Program-made: the position numbers and the translations under genes
From: Octopus sinensis
Lineage: Eukaryota
Assembly (NCBI RefSeq): GCF_006345805.1
Contig: NC_042998.1
Span: 77,500,001 to 77,564,000, forward strand
DNA length: 64,000 nt
Reading direction: 5' to 3'
Notes under the pieces: model-generated
What the model was told of the DNA's origin: nothing
Seen by the model: only the letters and a program-made list of their open reading frames with translations
Databases searched by the model: none
Shown here: positions 26,480-40,902 of the stretch, in pieces
How the letters are laid out: every line of letters starts with the position of its first letter
Position numbering within the stretch: position 1 is the stretch's first letter

Positions 26480-28153
26480 GACGTCACCGTCATAGTGTCT
26501 AGCCACGAGCACATCGAGCTGGTCGGCGAGACACTGAAAAACTACGAAGCGGTGACAGGAGCGAAAATCAACCGGGAAAAGTCAGTGGGCTTGCGACTAG
26601 GCACCTGGAGAAGCAAGCCCATGCCGTCCACCAGCGCCTCCGTCGTGGGACGCTGGACCGACGGCCCGGTTGAGTTGCTCGGGGTCTGGTTTGGTCCGGA
26701 CCTCCAAGTGGAGAAGAACTGGAACGAGATAACGAGTAGGGTGGTCACTCTCGCCCGGCAATGGGCCGAGAGGAAACTGTCCCTAAAAGGTCGAGCGGAG
26801 GTGGCGAACACGTACATCGCGTCCGTCATCTACTACCGCCTGACCGTCGTACCTTGTCCCGACCCTACCATCACCAAACTACAACGCATCCTCTTTCGCT
26901 TCTTGTGGAAAGGATGCGTCCCGATGGTCAGGCGATCCATTTGCTGTCAACACCCGTTAAAAGGAGGGCTGGGCATGCCGTGGTTGATGATGCGCAGACA
27001 CGCGCTGAGACTGCGACATCTCTGGCTCTATGTAGACGACGGTGAACAGGTGTGGTCGCCGTTTGTGAGGCACGCTTTCCCGCAGCTCGTCTCCATGACC
27101 TAACTGCAGTCGTGGATCAAAAAGAGGCCGAGGAAGGGCGAATGGCACCGCGAGTGTCGCGTTGCTCTCAAGCAACTCTGCCGTCCTGGGTCGACCTTAA
27201 GTGACTTCAACACAACCAAAGCATTCTATAGGGGTTTAGTGGAGGGGAGGTACGACGACGAGCTCGGGGCGAACTTGGACGTCGACGAGGAGTACCTGAC
27301 CCGCCTGTTCGGGACGACTTTCGGGCCAGGGCCCATGGACAACTTCCAGAGATCCCTGGCCTGGCAGTGCTACCGAGAAGCGCTACCGTTCGGGATAAGC
27401 TCTACAGACACGGCTCGAGAAACACGGGGCCGACCTGCCCGAGATGCGGTCAGAGCGACGAAACCGTTCTGCACGCACTCGTTCAGTGTCCAACAATTTC
27501 CGACCTGTGGGCTTATGTCGAACAACTGCTGTCACGTGTGGGACGAGTCGGTTTATCAGCTGAGTCTATCGTCAATATTGTCACGCCTCCTTCCTTCAAA
27601 CGGGAAGGAAGAGCTATTTTCATCATCCTTGTGGCTATGGCGAAAGAATGTATCTGGTGGACGCGTCTGAAAGGATTGGAAACAAACACTTTCCTCTCTG
27701 GTCAATCTCTCATCAACTTCTTCAAGTACCACTTGAAAAGGAAAGTGAGAGTAGAGAGGCAAGTTTTGTCTAGCGAATGTTTTAAAAAAAGATGGGTGAA
27801 TGTAGCAAGAATGGCACGTATGAATGACGAAGCCACCTTGAGCATAGTCCTATGAACCCAGAAATCGAAAACAGAGAGTTGCTTATTTGCAAAAAAAAAA
27901 AAAAAAAAAAGAAATATAAAATGTGACTTCATTGACCGAGGTTACCGTGGTCTTTTCCGCAGGCTTTTCTTTCCACGGGTAAACCTCACCTGTCCTCCCC
28001 TTTACACTTCATATTGACATTTCTGTGATAACGATCCCTATTGATCATTTTTTTTTCCTCTCCCCCCCCTTTTTTTTTTTTTTTTTTTTAACCCCCCTTA
28101 TTTTTGTCCTCTTTCTCTCCTTTTACGATCCCTTTTGATCGAACCTCCCCCTT

Positions 28154-28187
<34 letters not shown>

Positions 28188-28259
28188 CCTTCAAAAGAAA
28201 AGCTCTACCTTGTAATTTGTTCTATCTGTGTGCAGCCCTGTGTGGCTAATAAAGAAACA
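26480..28259 (+). mobile_element. 5'-truncated Tx1-type (L1 clade) LINE inside a (TCTA)n array
   Basis: Starts at (D)DVTVIVS just after the RT active-site motif; YEAVTGAKINREKS..LLGVWFG..WAERKLSLKGRAEVAN..FLWKG..GGLGMP; C-terminal CPRCGQSDETVLHALVQC; AATAAA near 28250 then (TCTA)n 28260-28365; GC-rich with few disablements. Confidence 0.9.
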
Positions 28260-28305
28260 TATCTATACATCTATCTATCTATCTGTCTATCTATCTATCT
28301 ATCTG

Positions 28306-28360
<55 letters not shown>

Positions 28361-28721
28361 CTCTCTATATATATAGAATATATGTGTGTGTGTGTCTGTG
28401 AGCATGTTTGCGTGCGGGCGTTTGTGTGTATGTATGTTTGTATGTGTGTATGTGTGTATGTGTATCTATGTTTTTAAGTAAGGTGATGTACAAAACAATT
28501 TAACATTAAATTGAAAAGGTGAACAAAACTTTTATTAGAGTACATATAAACATTTTGCAAGGAAACGATTCGATGTGACTTCGAAATTTGAGCTTCCTCA
28601 CATTGTCCATGTAACATCTATATTCATCGGCTTTGCTGCTTACAGCTGATATATACACATATACATACATACATACATACATACGTACATACATACATAC
28701 ATACATACGTACATACATACG

Positions 28722-28756
<35 letters not shown>

Positions 28757-28848
28757 GTGTATATATATATATATATACATACATACATACATACATACAT
28801 ACATACATACATGCGTACATATATGTGTGTGTATATATATATATATAT

Positions 28849-28898
<50 letters not shown>

Positions 28899-29069
28899 TA
28901 TATATATACCTACTGAAATATACGTGTACATACTCACACGTACACATACTTACGCACAAACACATACACGCAAATGCAGACAGACAATAAAGATACATAC
29001 TTGTGAGTATATCTGCATTTATGTTTATGTGTCTATATGTGTGTTTTGCGTTTGTGCGTGTGAGCATGA

Positions 29070-29102
<33 letters not shown>

Positions 29103-29117
29103 ACACACACACATATA

Positions 29118-29168
<51 letters not shown>

Positions 29169-29577
29169 AGCACCAACACACACACACGTATAGATATTTC
29201 ATCGACCGCACATAGCGTATGTATTTTGCTTGATCGCCGGTTCGCTGTAGTATAATGCTTTGGAGACGATTCTCCCTGACACCGGATGTTAAAGCACCTG
29301 CAAGTCATAGACGAAATAACTTACTTCGATTCCCATTCTGGAGCAATGGACAAGGATATTTCTTTTTAATTTTGTGGCTTATCAACATCACGAGCCAAGG
29401 GTGAAGTGAATCGCCAGTTTATGACGATATACAAATAACTTAAGAAACATTAGCTCCTACTCAAATGTGTGAGAACCATTGCAACGATGCATATGTAAAA
29501 TTCAATTTTATATATATATACATATGTGTGTGTATGTGTGTTTAGTGTGTGTGTGTGTGCGTGTATATATATATATA

Positions 29578-29640
29578 GGGAGAGTTCACAAAAAAAGACG
29601 AAGACAGATGGTGTAGACAACAAACAAATGTATTAGTATA
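29578..29640 (-). mobile_element. Terminal fragment of the hammerhead-bearing repeat family (ribozyme absent)
   Basis: GGGAGAGTTCACAAAAAAAGACGAAGACAGATGGTGTAGACAAC matches 12827 and 55618 ends. Confidence 0.7.
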
Positions 29641-29782
29641 ACCCTTGGCTTTTTATCTGATTACGCAAAAATATTCTTATATACACACGCTCTCTCTCTC
29701 TCTCTCTCTTTATATATATATATATATATATTGAGAGATAGAGATATATATAGATATACATAGATATAGATATCCATATATA

Positions 29783-29821
<39 letters not shown>

Positions 29822-31563
29822 GTACATATTCATAGATATATACATACACATATACCCAGACGCACACAAATACGGATGTTTGCGTAGTCGCATGTGCTTC
29901 GCCCAATTTCATTTCAAGTTTCCCATTTCAGTACTATCCGCATCAAACTAGCATATATCCCCGTATACTACACCTGGTCGTCGTCTGCGCTGCAAACGAT
30001 GACCAATCTTTGCGGTGTTTTGAATGACACAATTCAAGATTCAACAATGATAACGCTGGAAAGTGCAGAGGATTTGTTGGAATTCACTTCAACCCTCTGA
30101 CAAGAATTGACACTTAAAAATAGCAATTTCATTTTAGGCGCACTTTGGTTATAACGATAAATAAGAGACAAAGGCAAGGTCTGAAGTGGTGCGAATGGTC
30201 TTTTGTGACTCCATTGTTCACACACAGACCATATCAAGTTGCCCTTAATGGAGTGGAAGGTGGAACAAAACTAGGAGGAACCTAGTAAATATAATCATTA
30301 TACACATATATAACTAAGTTTGCAGAAAATAAGAGATATTTCTCCAGTAAAAACGTGTTACAAAATATTAAAAGATTATCAAGTCCAAATTTCAATAATG
30401 TAAGTATTATCCAAGCACAAAATATAACACCTATTTTCTGAAAATGAAAAATAGTGGTGATATTAATAAATTTATAGCTTATTTTTTTTACAAAAATTCC
30501 TGTTTTAACTGATTACAGATGACATTTTAAAGGAACAAACAATTGAAATTTAAAATGTTACCCTTTATTGCCAGCAAAATGACAAGTATTGAACAAAGTG
30601 ATACACATATATACATATATACATATACATATATATATATATATATACATCTGTGTATGTATGTGTGTTTGCGTGTGTGTGTATGTGTGTGTGTGTGTGT
30701 ACATATACATTCATACGTATATATGGATATATATAAATAATAAATAATAAATAATACAATATATATATATATATAAAAGACCCTTTTTTAGTTGTCATCT
30801 ATCTACTCTTCATTTCGAGCATTCCATGATAATATAAGTCTTCAAAGACAGTTGCTTCCATAAATTTTAAAATAAAATTTAGGATTTATGGAATGTCAAA
30901 GTTGAACAAAAGAATCACAGTGGAGGCATACAAATAATCCAAACGAAAACCAACATGGAGGCTCTTTAGACCAGCACGAGAGAAATATAGCGAACACTGG
31001 GAAAACCCTTTTTTGAAAAGAGAAAAAATAGAAGAGGAGGAAATCGCGTCCGATTGTTTAAACGTCCGTGCAAGAAAATAAAGATGGCCGCGTGAGGAAA
31101 AGAAAGATTGACGATGGTCACGTGTGAGCAACGAGGAGAGTGAGATAGAGAGAGAGAGAAAGAGATAGAAAAAGAGAAAGAGGAGGCAGATATATATATA
31201 TATATTATATATATTATATATAATATATATATATATTATATATATATAAATCGGTGAAGGAGGAAGGGGAGAAAAGGGAGTTAGAGAAGGACGAAGGAAG
31301 AGAATAGTATAGAGTAGATAGAGAGTGGCATCAAAAAGATGAAGATAAACTTGGAAATCGATGCATCGCGTTTAATTAAATAATAAATACTAAATAATAA
31401 ATAATATAATATATACATATATAGAAACAGGACGTCACCAACGGTGCAAATAGCATGAAATGCGTAAACAAAGGAAGGAAAAACTAGTAATATACACAAA
31501 CAACGAGACAACATAGAAAAGAGGACAAGTTAACACAGAGAAAGGACCCTAAATATATATATA

Positions 31564-32496
31564 GGCATTTAAAAGGTGGAGAGGATAGAATACAAAATGG
31601 GCAGACATCAGCCGGTAAACATTCCAGTATGTCTATTGGAATTTGTTAGATGGATACAAACACATTTATTAGTAGTACAGCATATCAAATATAAAGAGTT
31701 GGTAATTGCAAGAACAAGAGTGTGGAAGCATATAATCATATAGGAACAGGTGATTGAATGAGTACATGAGCAAATGAGCAAATTGTCAGTAGGTGCTAGT
31801 TCCTTACGCCCGTTTTTGCCAAGAGGCAACGAAATCTTCCAGGTTGTCTCCATATGTTGAGAGTTATGTAGGGATGAACATGTATGACTTGGATAATGAA
31901 TGTGCTCCAGACTTCTTCAGCGAGTTTAAGTGGTTGACAGTGCTAACACATATAAAAAGAGTTAATAATAGCTACAGTGTGTTTGTCTTTAAAAAAAAAG
32001 TAGAAAAAGAATATGAGTAAGAACAAGAACAAACATGAGGATGTGGGTGATGTACATCTTAGCATAATGATTTGGGTATAGCAAGGGGAAATAAGATACA
32101 AACTTTCTGTGATGTATTATCAGATCCATTTTATTTCATCCAATGGTGAATAGGTGAATAAGTTCGTTCTCAGAAATGGGTTTCTTCAGGAAGGATAATT
32201 TTAAGCAGTAGTTCACATGTTTACATAGAAATTCAGTGATGGGTTTGAAGGTATTGGTCCGTAATGCACCTACTAACAATCTGCTCATTTGCTCGTGTAC
32301 TCATTCAATCATCTGTTCCCATATGATTATATGCAATTACCAACTCTTTATATTTGGTATGCTGTACTACTAATATATGTGCTTGTATTCATCTAATACA
32401 TTCTAATACATTGGAATAAATAGACATTCTGGAATGTTTACCTGCTGAAGTCTGTCCATTCTGTATCCTATCCCCTTCCTTATTTGCCGTTTAAAT
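31564..32496. repeat. Diverged inverted repeat, ~230-bp arms (31564-31796 and 32266-32496), ~470-bp spacer
   Basis: e.g. GATTGAATGAGTACATGAGCAAATGAGCA versus TGCTCATTTGCTCGTGTACTCATTCAATC; roughly 85% identical by eye with indels. Confidence 0.9.
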
Positions 32497-32647
32497 CAAC
32501 TTTTACCCCCACTCGTATATAACACTCAATTGCAAGATTGCCACGCAAAAACTAACACTTGGCTATGAAAAATTAGGTACGCTACCTGCAGTTTATTGGA
32601 TAGGTACTATCCCTCAGTTGGTTTCTCAACCTCTAACTCACACAGAA

Positions 32648-32680
<33 letters not shown>

Positions 32681-32732
32681 ATATATTATTATATATATGT
32701 ATAAAATTATTATAATATATATACATATATAT

Positions 32733-32795
<63 letters not shown>

Positions 32796-32812
32796 ATATA
32801 TATACATATATA

Positions 32813-32900
32813 TAAATTGATCAAAATAAAATGAAAACATGATGCGAAGGATTCAGCGGAATCCTTCGCATCATGTTTTTATTTTATTTTGATCAATTTA
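32813..32900. repeat. 42-bp inverted repeat (one mismatch), loop AGCG, next to (TA)n
   Basis: 32813-32854 pairs with 32859-32900. Confidence 0.95.
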
Positions 32901-32985
32901 CTCACCACCTACACCACCAAACGGTATACACAGGTGCTTATAATTATCAAGTACTCACCCCGAATTTCTATACTCAACTCTATAC

Positions 32986-33030
<45 letters not shown>

Positions 33031-33164
33031 GTAAAGATTATAAATATTATTGCCGCCTGCACATAACGTTGCCTCTATAAATTCAGTGAAGCTTTACATA
33101 GCGTCATACAGTTAACGACTGTTATTTCCAGAAACCAGTAGTGCCTTGTTGTGCCACTATTGTC

Positions 33165-33221
<57 letters not shown>

Positions 33222-33264
33222 ATATATATAATATATATATATATATTATATATATATATATTCA

Positions 33265-35959
33265 TATACAAGCCATGTAGGCAAGTTTGAAGACTGCCTT
33301 ATAAAAATAGAAGTTCTAATCACATTAGAACAACACATAAGTGTACTTCTTATGGGAGACTTCAATCTACCCAATGTCAGTTGGCCCGAGGGCCTTTCTC
33401 TCCTAGGAATGACAAGATGTGAACGAGGACAGGCGAGGTCCCTCCTGAACCTCATCAACACCCTGTACATGGAGCAAGTAATACTCCAACCAACCAGGGC
33501 AGGTAACACACTGGATCTCTGCTTCACAAATAATATGGATCTCATCCATAATGTGAAAGTGACACCGACACTACTCTCGGATCACAACATGGTAGAGCTG
33601 ACCATGTACGGGCCAAAGGAAAGCATAGACATGCAGCCTACAAGAAACCCTCAGAATCTTTCCAGCTTGAACTTCCATAAGGCAAACTGGAAACAAATTG
33701 AGAAAGAGATCCTTAAAAAAACTGGCCTGAGTGTCTCTCCTCGCCAGACATCGACGTGAAACTTCAACAATTCATGTCTGTAATGCAAGCCATATGCTAC
33801 AAATGTGTCCCAGAGAGAAAGGCCACTGTACACAAGAACAAAATCTCCAGAGAGAGGAAAATTCTAATGAGACGGCGTACAAAAATTTCAAATCGCCTAA
33901 ACAAACAAATTGAAAGCAGTGAAAAGTCCCGCCTGAAAATGAAACTGTTGGAAATTGAAAAAGGTCTGCAAATCTCCCATGAAAAGGAAAGAGCAGACAA
34001 AGAAGCCTGGGCTATAGACAACATAAAATCTAATCCCAGAGCTTTCTACAGGTATGCCAAAGAAACAGCTACGGTTCACTGTAGGATAGGGCCACTCCTT
34101 GAAAGGGATGGCACACTCACAGGAAATCCAATGAGGGTAAGTGAAATACTAAATGAGCAATTCAAGAGTGTTTCCACCCCACCCCTTGGGCATTTCCAAA
34201 TCAGCAATCCAACTGACTTCTTCACCACTGCAGATATGGGGTCTGAGGCGGCGATGATTGATTACATCAATATAAAGGAAGACGATGTAATAAAGGCTAT
34301 AGATGAGATGAAAACAAACTCAGCTACTGGCCCCGATGGATTCCCGGCAATCCTTCTAAAAGTATGTAAGAGAGTCCTAGCAAGACCACTGCAGTCTCTC
34401 TTTCAGAGCTTCCTTGCAACTGGCAAACTTCCAAGAAAACTGAAGGAAGGTAAAATATGCCCTATTCATAAAGGAGGTAGCAGAGCGGAGGCCAAGAACT
34501 ACAGACCTATCTCTCTGACCTCACACATCAGCAAGGTCATGGAACGAATAGTCAGAAGGAAAAAAATCGCCTTCCTTGAAGAAAATAACTTGCTGTCTGA
34601 CACCCAACATGGTTTCCGACCAGGAAGAAGCTGCTTAACTCAGCTCCTACAACACTATGACTGGGTGCTGAAACGACTGCTCAACCACTCAAATGTGGAA
34701 GTGATATATCTCGACTTTGCAAAAGCCTTTGATAAAGTCGATCATGGAATGATATGTCACAAACTGCGTGATCTTGGCATAGTTGGAAAATTGGGAGAAT
34801 GGCTTCATGACTTTCTGGAGGATAGAAGCCAGGTGGTAGTAGCCAATGGGGCCACTTCCATTAACACGCAAATAGTGAGCGGTGTTCCGCAGGGCACTGT
34901 TTTGGGACCACTACTGTTCATAATGGCCCTCTCAGACATGCCCTCAGCCACGCAGAGAGCCACGATCACAAGTTATGCAGATGATACAAAAGTTTCACAG
35001 GCAATACAGAACCCTGAAGACACTAAGCACCTGCAATGTGAGCTGGACAAAATATACAAGTGGGCTGAAAAGAATAGCATGTAGTTCAATGCTGAAAAGT
35101 TTTAAGCTTTATGCTATCAGCATGCAAAACTGAATGCAATACCCAATGAATACACTGGACCCGGAGGGATTTCAATCCCAGAGGCACAATCAGTGCGTGA
35201 CCTGGGTATTCACATGAGTGATGACGCGACCTTTCATGTACATGTTGCTAAACTGGCAATGAAATGTAGACGGCTGGCCGGATGGATTCTTAGAACCTTT
35301 AGAACAAGAGAACAAGAAACCATGATGGTCCTCTGGAAGACACTTGTCCTAAGCCACTTTGACTATTGCTCTCATCTATGGTCACCATCCAGTGTCAAGT
35401 TGATCACAGAACTTGGGGCGATCCAACGAAGCTACACGAAGAAGATAGCCTCTGTGCAGCATATAAGCTACTGGGAAAGACTCAAGAGATTAAAACTCTA
35501 TTCCTTGGAGCGTAGGCGAGAAAGATATGCCATAATATACATCTGGAAGATCCTGGAAGGACTTGTCCCAAACTTTGGCATCGAGAGTCACACAAATGCC
35601 AGAACCGGGCGCCACTGCGTGGTACCAAGGACTCCAAATTTGCCATCAAGATGTAGGACAAGATACTGTGATAGCCTGGGCTTCAAGAGGCCCACAGCTC
35701 TTCAATATCCTCCCGAAGGACCTGAGGGACCTGCATGGTGTAGATGCGGATGTCTTTAAAGTAGGACTGGATCTCTTCCTGTCAGGTGTCCCGGATGAAC
35801 CAACTTCACGGCAGGAGGTGCAGATGAGGGCAGCTGCATCGAATTCTCTCATGCACCAAATGGCAGTTGCTAAAAAGCATTTGTGAGGCAAAATCATGTA
35901 GCAAACCAAATGGCGGTGCCCCAGCATGGCCACAGCTCATGAGCTGAAACTGGAAAAAT
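33265..35959 (+). mobile_element. 5'-truncated CR1-type LINE (end of APE, RT, 3' UTR) with stops and frameshifts
   Basis: MGDFNLP..NTLDLCFTN..SDHNMV (APE); ATGPDGFP..NYRPISLTSHISKVME..QHGFRPGRSC..YLDFAKAFDKVDH..GVPQGTVLGPLLF..YADDTK (RT); 3' end GGCGGTGCCCCAGCATGGCCACAGCTC. Confidence 0.95.
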
Positions 35960-36645
35960 CATATGCGTGTGTGTATATATGTATACACACACACACACGC
36001 ATATATACATGTATGTATGTATGTATGTATGTATTCATTCATGTAACTCAATTTCTGTGTATATAAACATACATACAATATTTGATGTGGTGTACAGATA
36101 CTATATATTGAGGAAAAAAGAGGGAGTCACAATTTTGGATAATTCTTTATCAGCGCTTTTCTTCATTTATTGAACTCGACCAAGACAAAATGAAAGGGAT
36201 AAAAACAGAACATCCGATTCATATAAACGAATAAATAAACGTTTCTTTTTAAGATTTTGATTTTGTGTTGACGAGTTCCACAAACAAACGAGGCGTTATA
36301 AAGAATTATCCAAAATTCTGACTGCCTTCTTTTCTCAATATATACATATATATATATATATGCACCCACATGAACAACAGGAACATCCATGTACAAGTGG
36401 TGGCTTAATACCAGTTACATGGTTTCAAATATTCGTGGTTTATTCTCTTAAGTATATGCAATAAAACCTGGAAACCGGCAAGTTACATGTTTACATTTTA
36501 TGCTGAATAGGGATATGTCATTACGCCAAATGTTGCACATACAAGCGCACACGCACAACCGCACATGTGTTTAAGAATATATCTATATCTATATCATATC
36601 TATATCTACATCTATATCTCTATCTATCTATCTATCCATCTATCT

Positions 36646-36682
<37 letters not shown>

Positions 36683-36739
36683 TATCATCTATCTTCTATC
36701 TATCTATCTATCTATCTATATCTATCTATGTATCTATCT

Positions 36740-36828
<89 letters not shown>

Positions 36829-38184
36829 TATACATATATATATATACAAACATACATATACACATGGACACATAGCATACAAGTATATATATTTGTGCAC
36901 TTAGATACGTATAAATATGCGCATAAACATGAAGTATTCATGCATTGAAATGAGATCCTATATGCAATTAAATATGCATGCACTGAGGCAGACCTAAGTA
37001 CATTCACAGATATTGCACTCCAGCAAACGATTTCTGGGAAAACATATTACGTAACAGACAACACACATGTAAAGACGGTTAAGAGAATAACGCTTTCATC
37101 ATTCATATATTGGTTTCACATCATTGTTTTGCTTACACTTCTTTATTTTCAATTATGCTGTTTGGATCTTTTATTTTTTTTCTTTACATAATAATTCATA
37201 AAGAAGTAAATACTTCGACTGCCTTTATTTCTTTCGTAAACATTTTCTAGCATTTTATTTTTTCAACAATTAGCTTATATTTTTTATTCATATTTTCTAT
37301 ATTTAAGTTTGATTATTTATCTTTAGTTTTTGTTTCATTTTCTATCGAAGCTTTCTTTTTTCATTTTTCTAATTACATTTTTTAATGTACATCTCTTATT
37401 TTCTTTGAATGCTTTGCACTGCACCACACCACGTTATTGATATTGCTTGTAACTGCACATCTCATCATCTCCATAGGATTAATAAACTTTCACATGCACT
37501 GGCATAGGCGCTAAAACCATCTTTCTCCCTATCTAACCCCTAACACCCAAATTCCGCCTAACTCTTTCTCCGCATGTGTATATACATACTTATATGCATA
37601 CATATATACATACGTGCATACATACGCATACACCTATATACAGATATATTTATATATATATATATAAATACTAACAAGTGTGTGCGTGTGTGTGTGTGTG
37701 TGTGTATATAGTGTACAGGCTGTGTTTGCATCTATATTATATGTATAACAACATGTATGCTTACTTATCAGTTTTGGACTTGTCGACCTCTGAATGGAGG
37801 AAACATACGTAAAGAAAATAAACAAATGCACACATTCACACTCCCAAAGTGCACATATGTACACATTTGCATTTCCTGGCTGTCTACGAATGAAAGACCT
37901 CCATGAAGAAAAAAAACAAAGATATAATATCTATTGTTTCTGCTATAGATGCAATACTCGTGATCTACATGGAGAATTTATCGATGGAATCATATTTCTT
38001 TATCAATCTCGGAAAGATGTAAGACAAAGATGAGTTTGACGTCACTTGAATAAAGAACGAAAATAGTCATATTATATATCACAAGCTATTTTCTCTGATG
38101 CCCTAACAAAACTGCCAATCCACTGCTGTTTTAAAATCAAATTTTAATATTAGCCACATCAAAGTCAAAGAGCTTATAAAATCT

Positions 38185-38362
38185 TTACCGCACCGGCCAA
38201 AAAGCTTTCTGGGATCTCACCCGTCTCTACCTCTTGTGAATTTAAATTCCACCGAGGTCGGGAGTCGATAAAATAAGTGCCCGTTGAGAGCTAGGGTCGA
38301 TACAATCGACTAGTCTCCTCCCCCAATTTTTTGGCCTTGTGCCAATATTTGAAATCCATATT
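38185..38362 (+). mobile_element. SINE
   Basis: AAATTCCACCGAGGTCG..GTCGATAAAATAAGTGCCCGTTGAG..GGGTCGATACAATCGACT..GGCCTTGTGCC; matches 44035-44220. Confidence 0.65.
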
Positions 38363-39349
38363 AGTCATAATTTTTTATATAAGCACGACTTTGCAAATTT
38401 GGTGGAAGTTATACTCGTTTATTTTATACTAAGAATGCTAGATGCTATTAAGCCTCGTCGTGTTGTCTATATCATGTATTCACAAGCAACTGTGTGCTTA
38501 GACGAAGTTTGTGGCAACCGATATTGGGAAACAGGGAAGAAACTATCAATAGCATTACGAATAGACACTGCAAAATAAAAACCTATTATTTATAACAGAA
38601 GTAGTATTAGGGTTAAAATGGTCATATGTAGCATACTTAATAATAAATATATCGTGAAAAGCCAATTTGCTGAACAATTTTCGTTTGCCTCCAAAAAATA
38701 TTTTTAAATAGAGGACTTTTATAAGAGGTATAATCTCAGAACGAATATTGCAGCAAATTACCTTTCACAATGAATTTACATTAAAATGATAAATGAAAAA
38801 TGACCTCTGCCTATAATCATAACGGATATTGTATTATAATTACATTTCTCCTTTTACAAAATGTCTCGCTTGATATTTCTTATATTCGCTTCAATTTTCA
38901 CTCTCTGTGCTTGTTTTAATATTTATGTTTAATTTGTTCAATTTAATCGTTTCAGTCGACAAACAAAAAAAATATCTGAACAAACGCAGAGAAGCAAAAA
39001 CTTTAAAAATATATAACAGACCTTCATACAATATATGTTGGAAAGAAAAGTTTTTTTTTTAAGCCTGGCTACAGTTGTGTATTCATCATAAGATAAACAA
39101 ATCTCCAACCATGCCAAGTCTTTATAAACAACAAATTGCCTAACCCGAATGTAATTTTAGAGACCTGACTAAACGTCTGCCAAAAGAAAGAGTATAGAAA
39201 TGAATCAGTCGGCTGCACAGCAAAGGTTTATATCAGATTATCTTGGGATGCATTTAAACCATCGCACTGAAATATTCACTGAATATTCACTGAGCAGAAC
39301 CTTGTACTAGTAACCTCTATCCCATAAAATATGTACGAAACTGTTTTTA

Positions 39350-39452
39350 AACAAAACATAAGTTTTGGGGCCGATTTGTTCGACTAAAACTTTTCCATGC
39401 GGTGACCTAGCATAACCGCTGACCACTAAATGAAACACGTAGAAGATAAAAG
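39350..39452 (+). mobile_element. SINE 3' tail (CR1-like)
   Basis: GGGGCCGATTTGTTCGACTAAA..GCGGTGACCTAGCATAACCGC..TGAAAC; homologous to 2560-2660. Confidence 0.55.
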
Positions 39453-40818
39453 TTATGAAGAGTCTGAGAATTACTTGAAAAGTTAATGGGCGTAGGAACG
39501 GTATTGACTGAAACAAAACAATTTTTTCCTAATTACGCATCTGTGTGTAAATATGCTGTTATAATTATTCAAGAAAAGGTGATTTTTAACAACTAAATAA
39601 ATCTCCATCCTTAGAATTTGTTTGATAAAATCGATTAGCGTTAAACGTTATCCTATGGAAGTCTTACACATTTTTATAATTCGACTTATAGATTGTATTT
39701 GTAACTTGCGTACAAGCTGAACAATTTTCCTGAAAAATATGCCCGATTGCCGATTAAACATACTTTCATTAATAAATATACTATTATTTTTCGCTTGAAA
39801 TGTGTATCTATATTCTAGGTAGAAAAGCTAGAATGTTTTTTTATATACATTTTCCATTTCAGAGAAGTTGAATAATGGATATATGTATTGATGGACAAAT
39901 CCAATAAATATGAGACCCGTTCTAAGAAACAAAGATTTATCATTTGAATTTCGATAATAACAAAATTATTTTCACGTCCTGTATATCAGAAATATCTTGC
40001 ATAATACCTGGTTTCAGTTTTGGTTAATTTCATTATTCTGGATATTAGAAGAGTTGGATGTTTTCCTCTTAGCAGGCCGCTGTTCAAGACCATTTCATAA
40101 ACATTGATTAACGTAATAAGTGAACCAATGGTTATAGTAATAATGTAAATGTATAACATTGGCTGAAAGTTGAACAAACCGAAATACTTTACCGTAAATG
40201 TCTTAGAATTTCGAAACAATGCTAACAAACACTGGATTGTTACCCTACATAAAATTATCATAAGTCAAACTATTAAGCATAAATATTTCCAGTGGCAAAT
40301 TTTCATTATTCTAATAACTGAAAATTGTATGAAATCTTGTTGTATTTTGGCATTGTATAAATTTCCTGTTCAGACTGTGAGCTACAATCGTATTTCTAGC
40401 AGCTGTCAGCAGTTATATTCAAGCACTGCTTTCTTTTGTAAAATGAAAGTGTGGATTCGTGCCAACGTTAATAAACGCACCCAAACAGATGAAACATTTT
40501 TATTTCCGTTACTTTCAATGAGCATGCTTACCCAGGGCACTTTTTCTCAAATGGCATACCCCGGACAACAATCAGTAGGGAAGAGAGAACATCGTCATCT
40601 TGGAATCAGCTCATACTCTTATACGATTTCTACAATTATTTCACGTCCACTGCATAAATTTCTTATCTTTTCATAGTGAGACACATCACTACATCTCTAC
40701 ACTTTTGCTTGCTCAACAATTATCATCTTTTTCAGCATACTTCCAAACTGCTGGTAATGTTTGAAGCGTCAACATGTTTGGACTTATTATAGACCCATAG
40801 ATTTCTAAGGCATGAATG

Positions 40819-40884
<66 letters not shown>

Positions 40885-40902
40885 ATACAAACACACACAT
40901 AT

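Noticed and set aside
40480-40800. Minus-strand RNLCSGREIIV..LIPR as a Helitron/PIF1 helicase relic
   Set aside because: Similarity too weak to call without an HMM search
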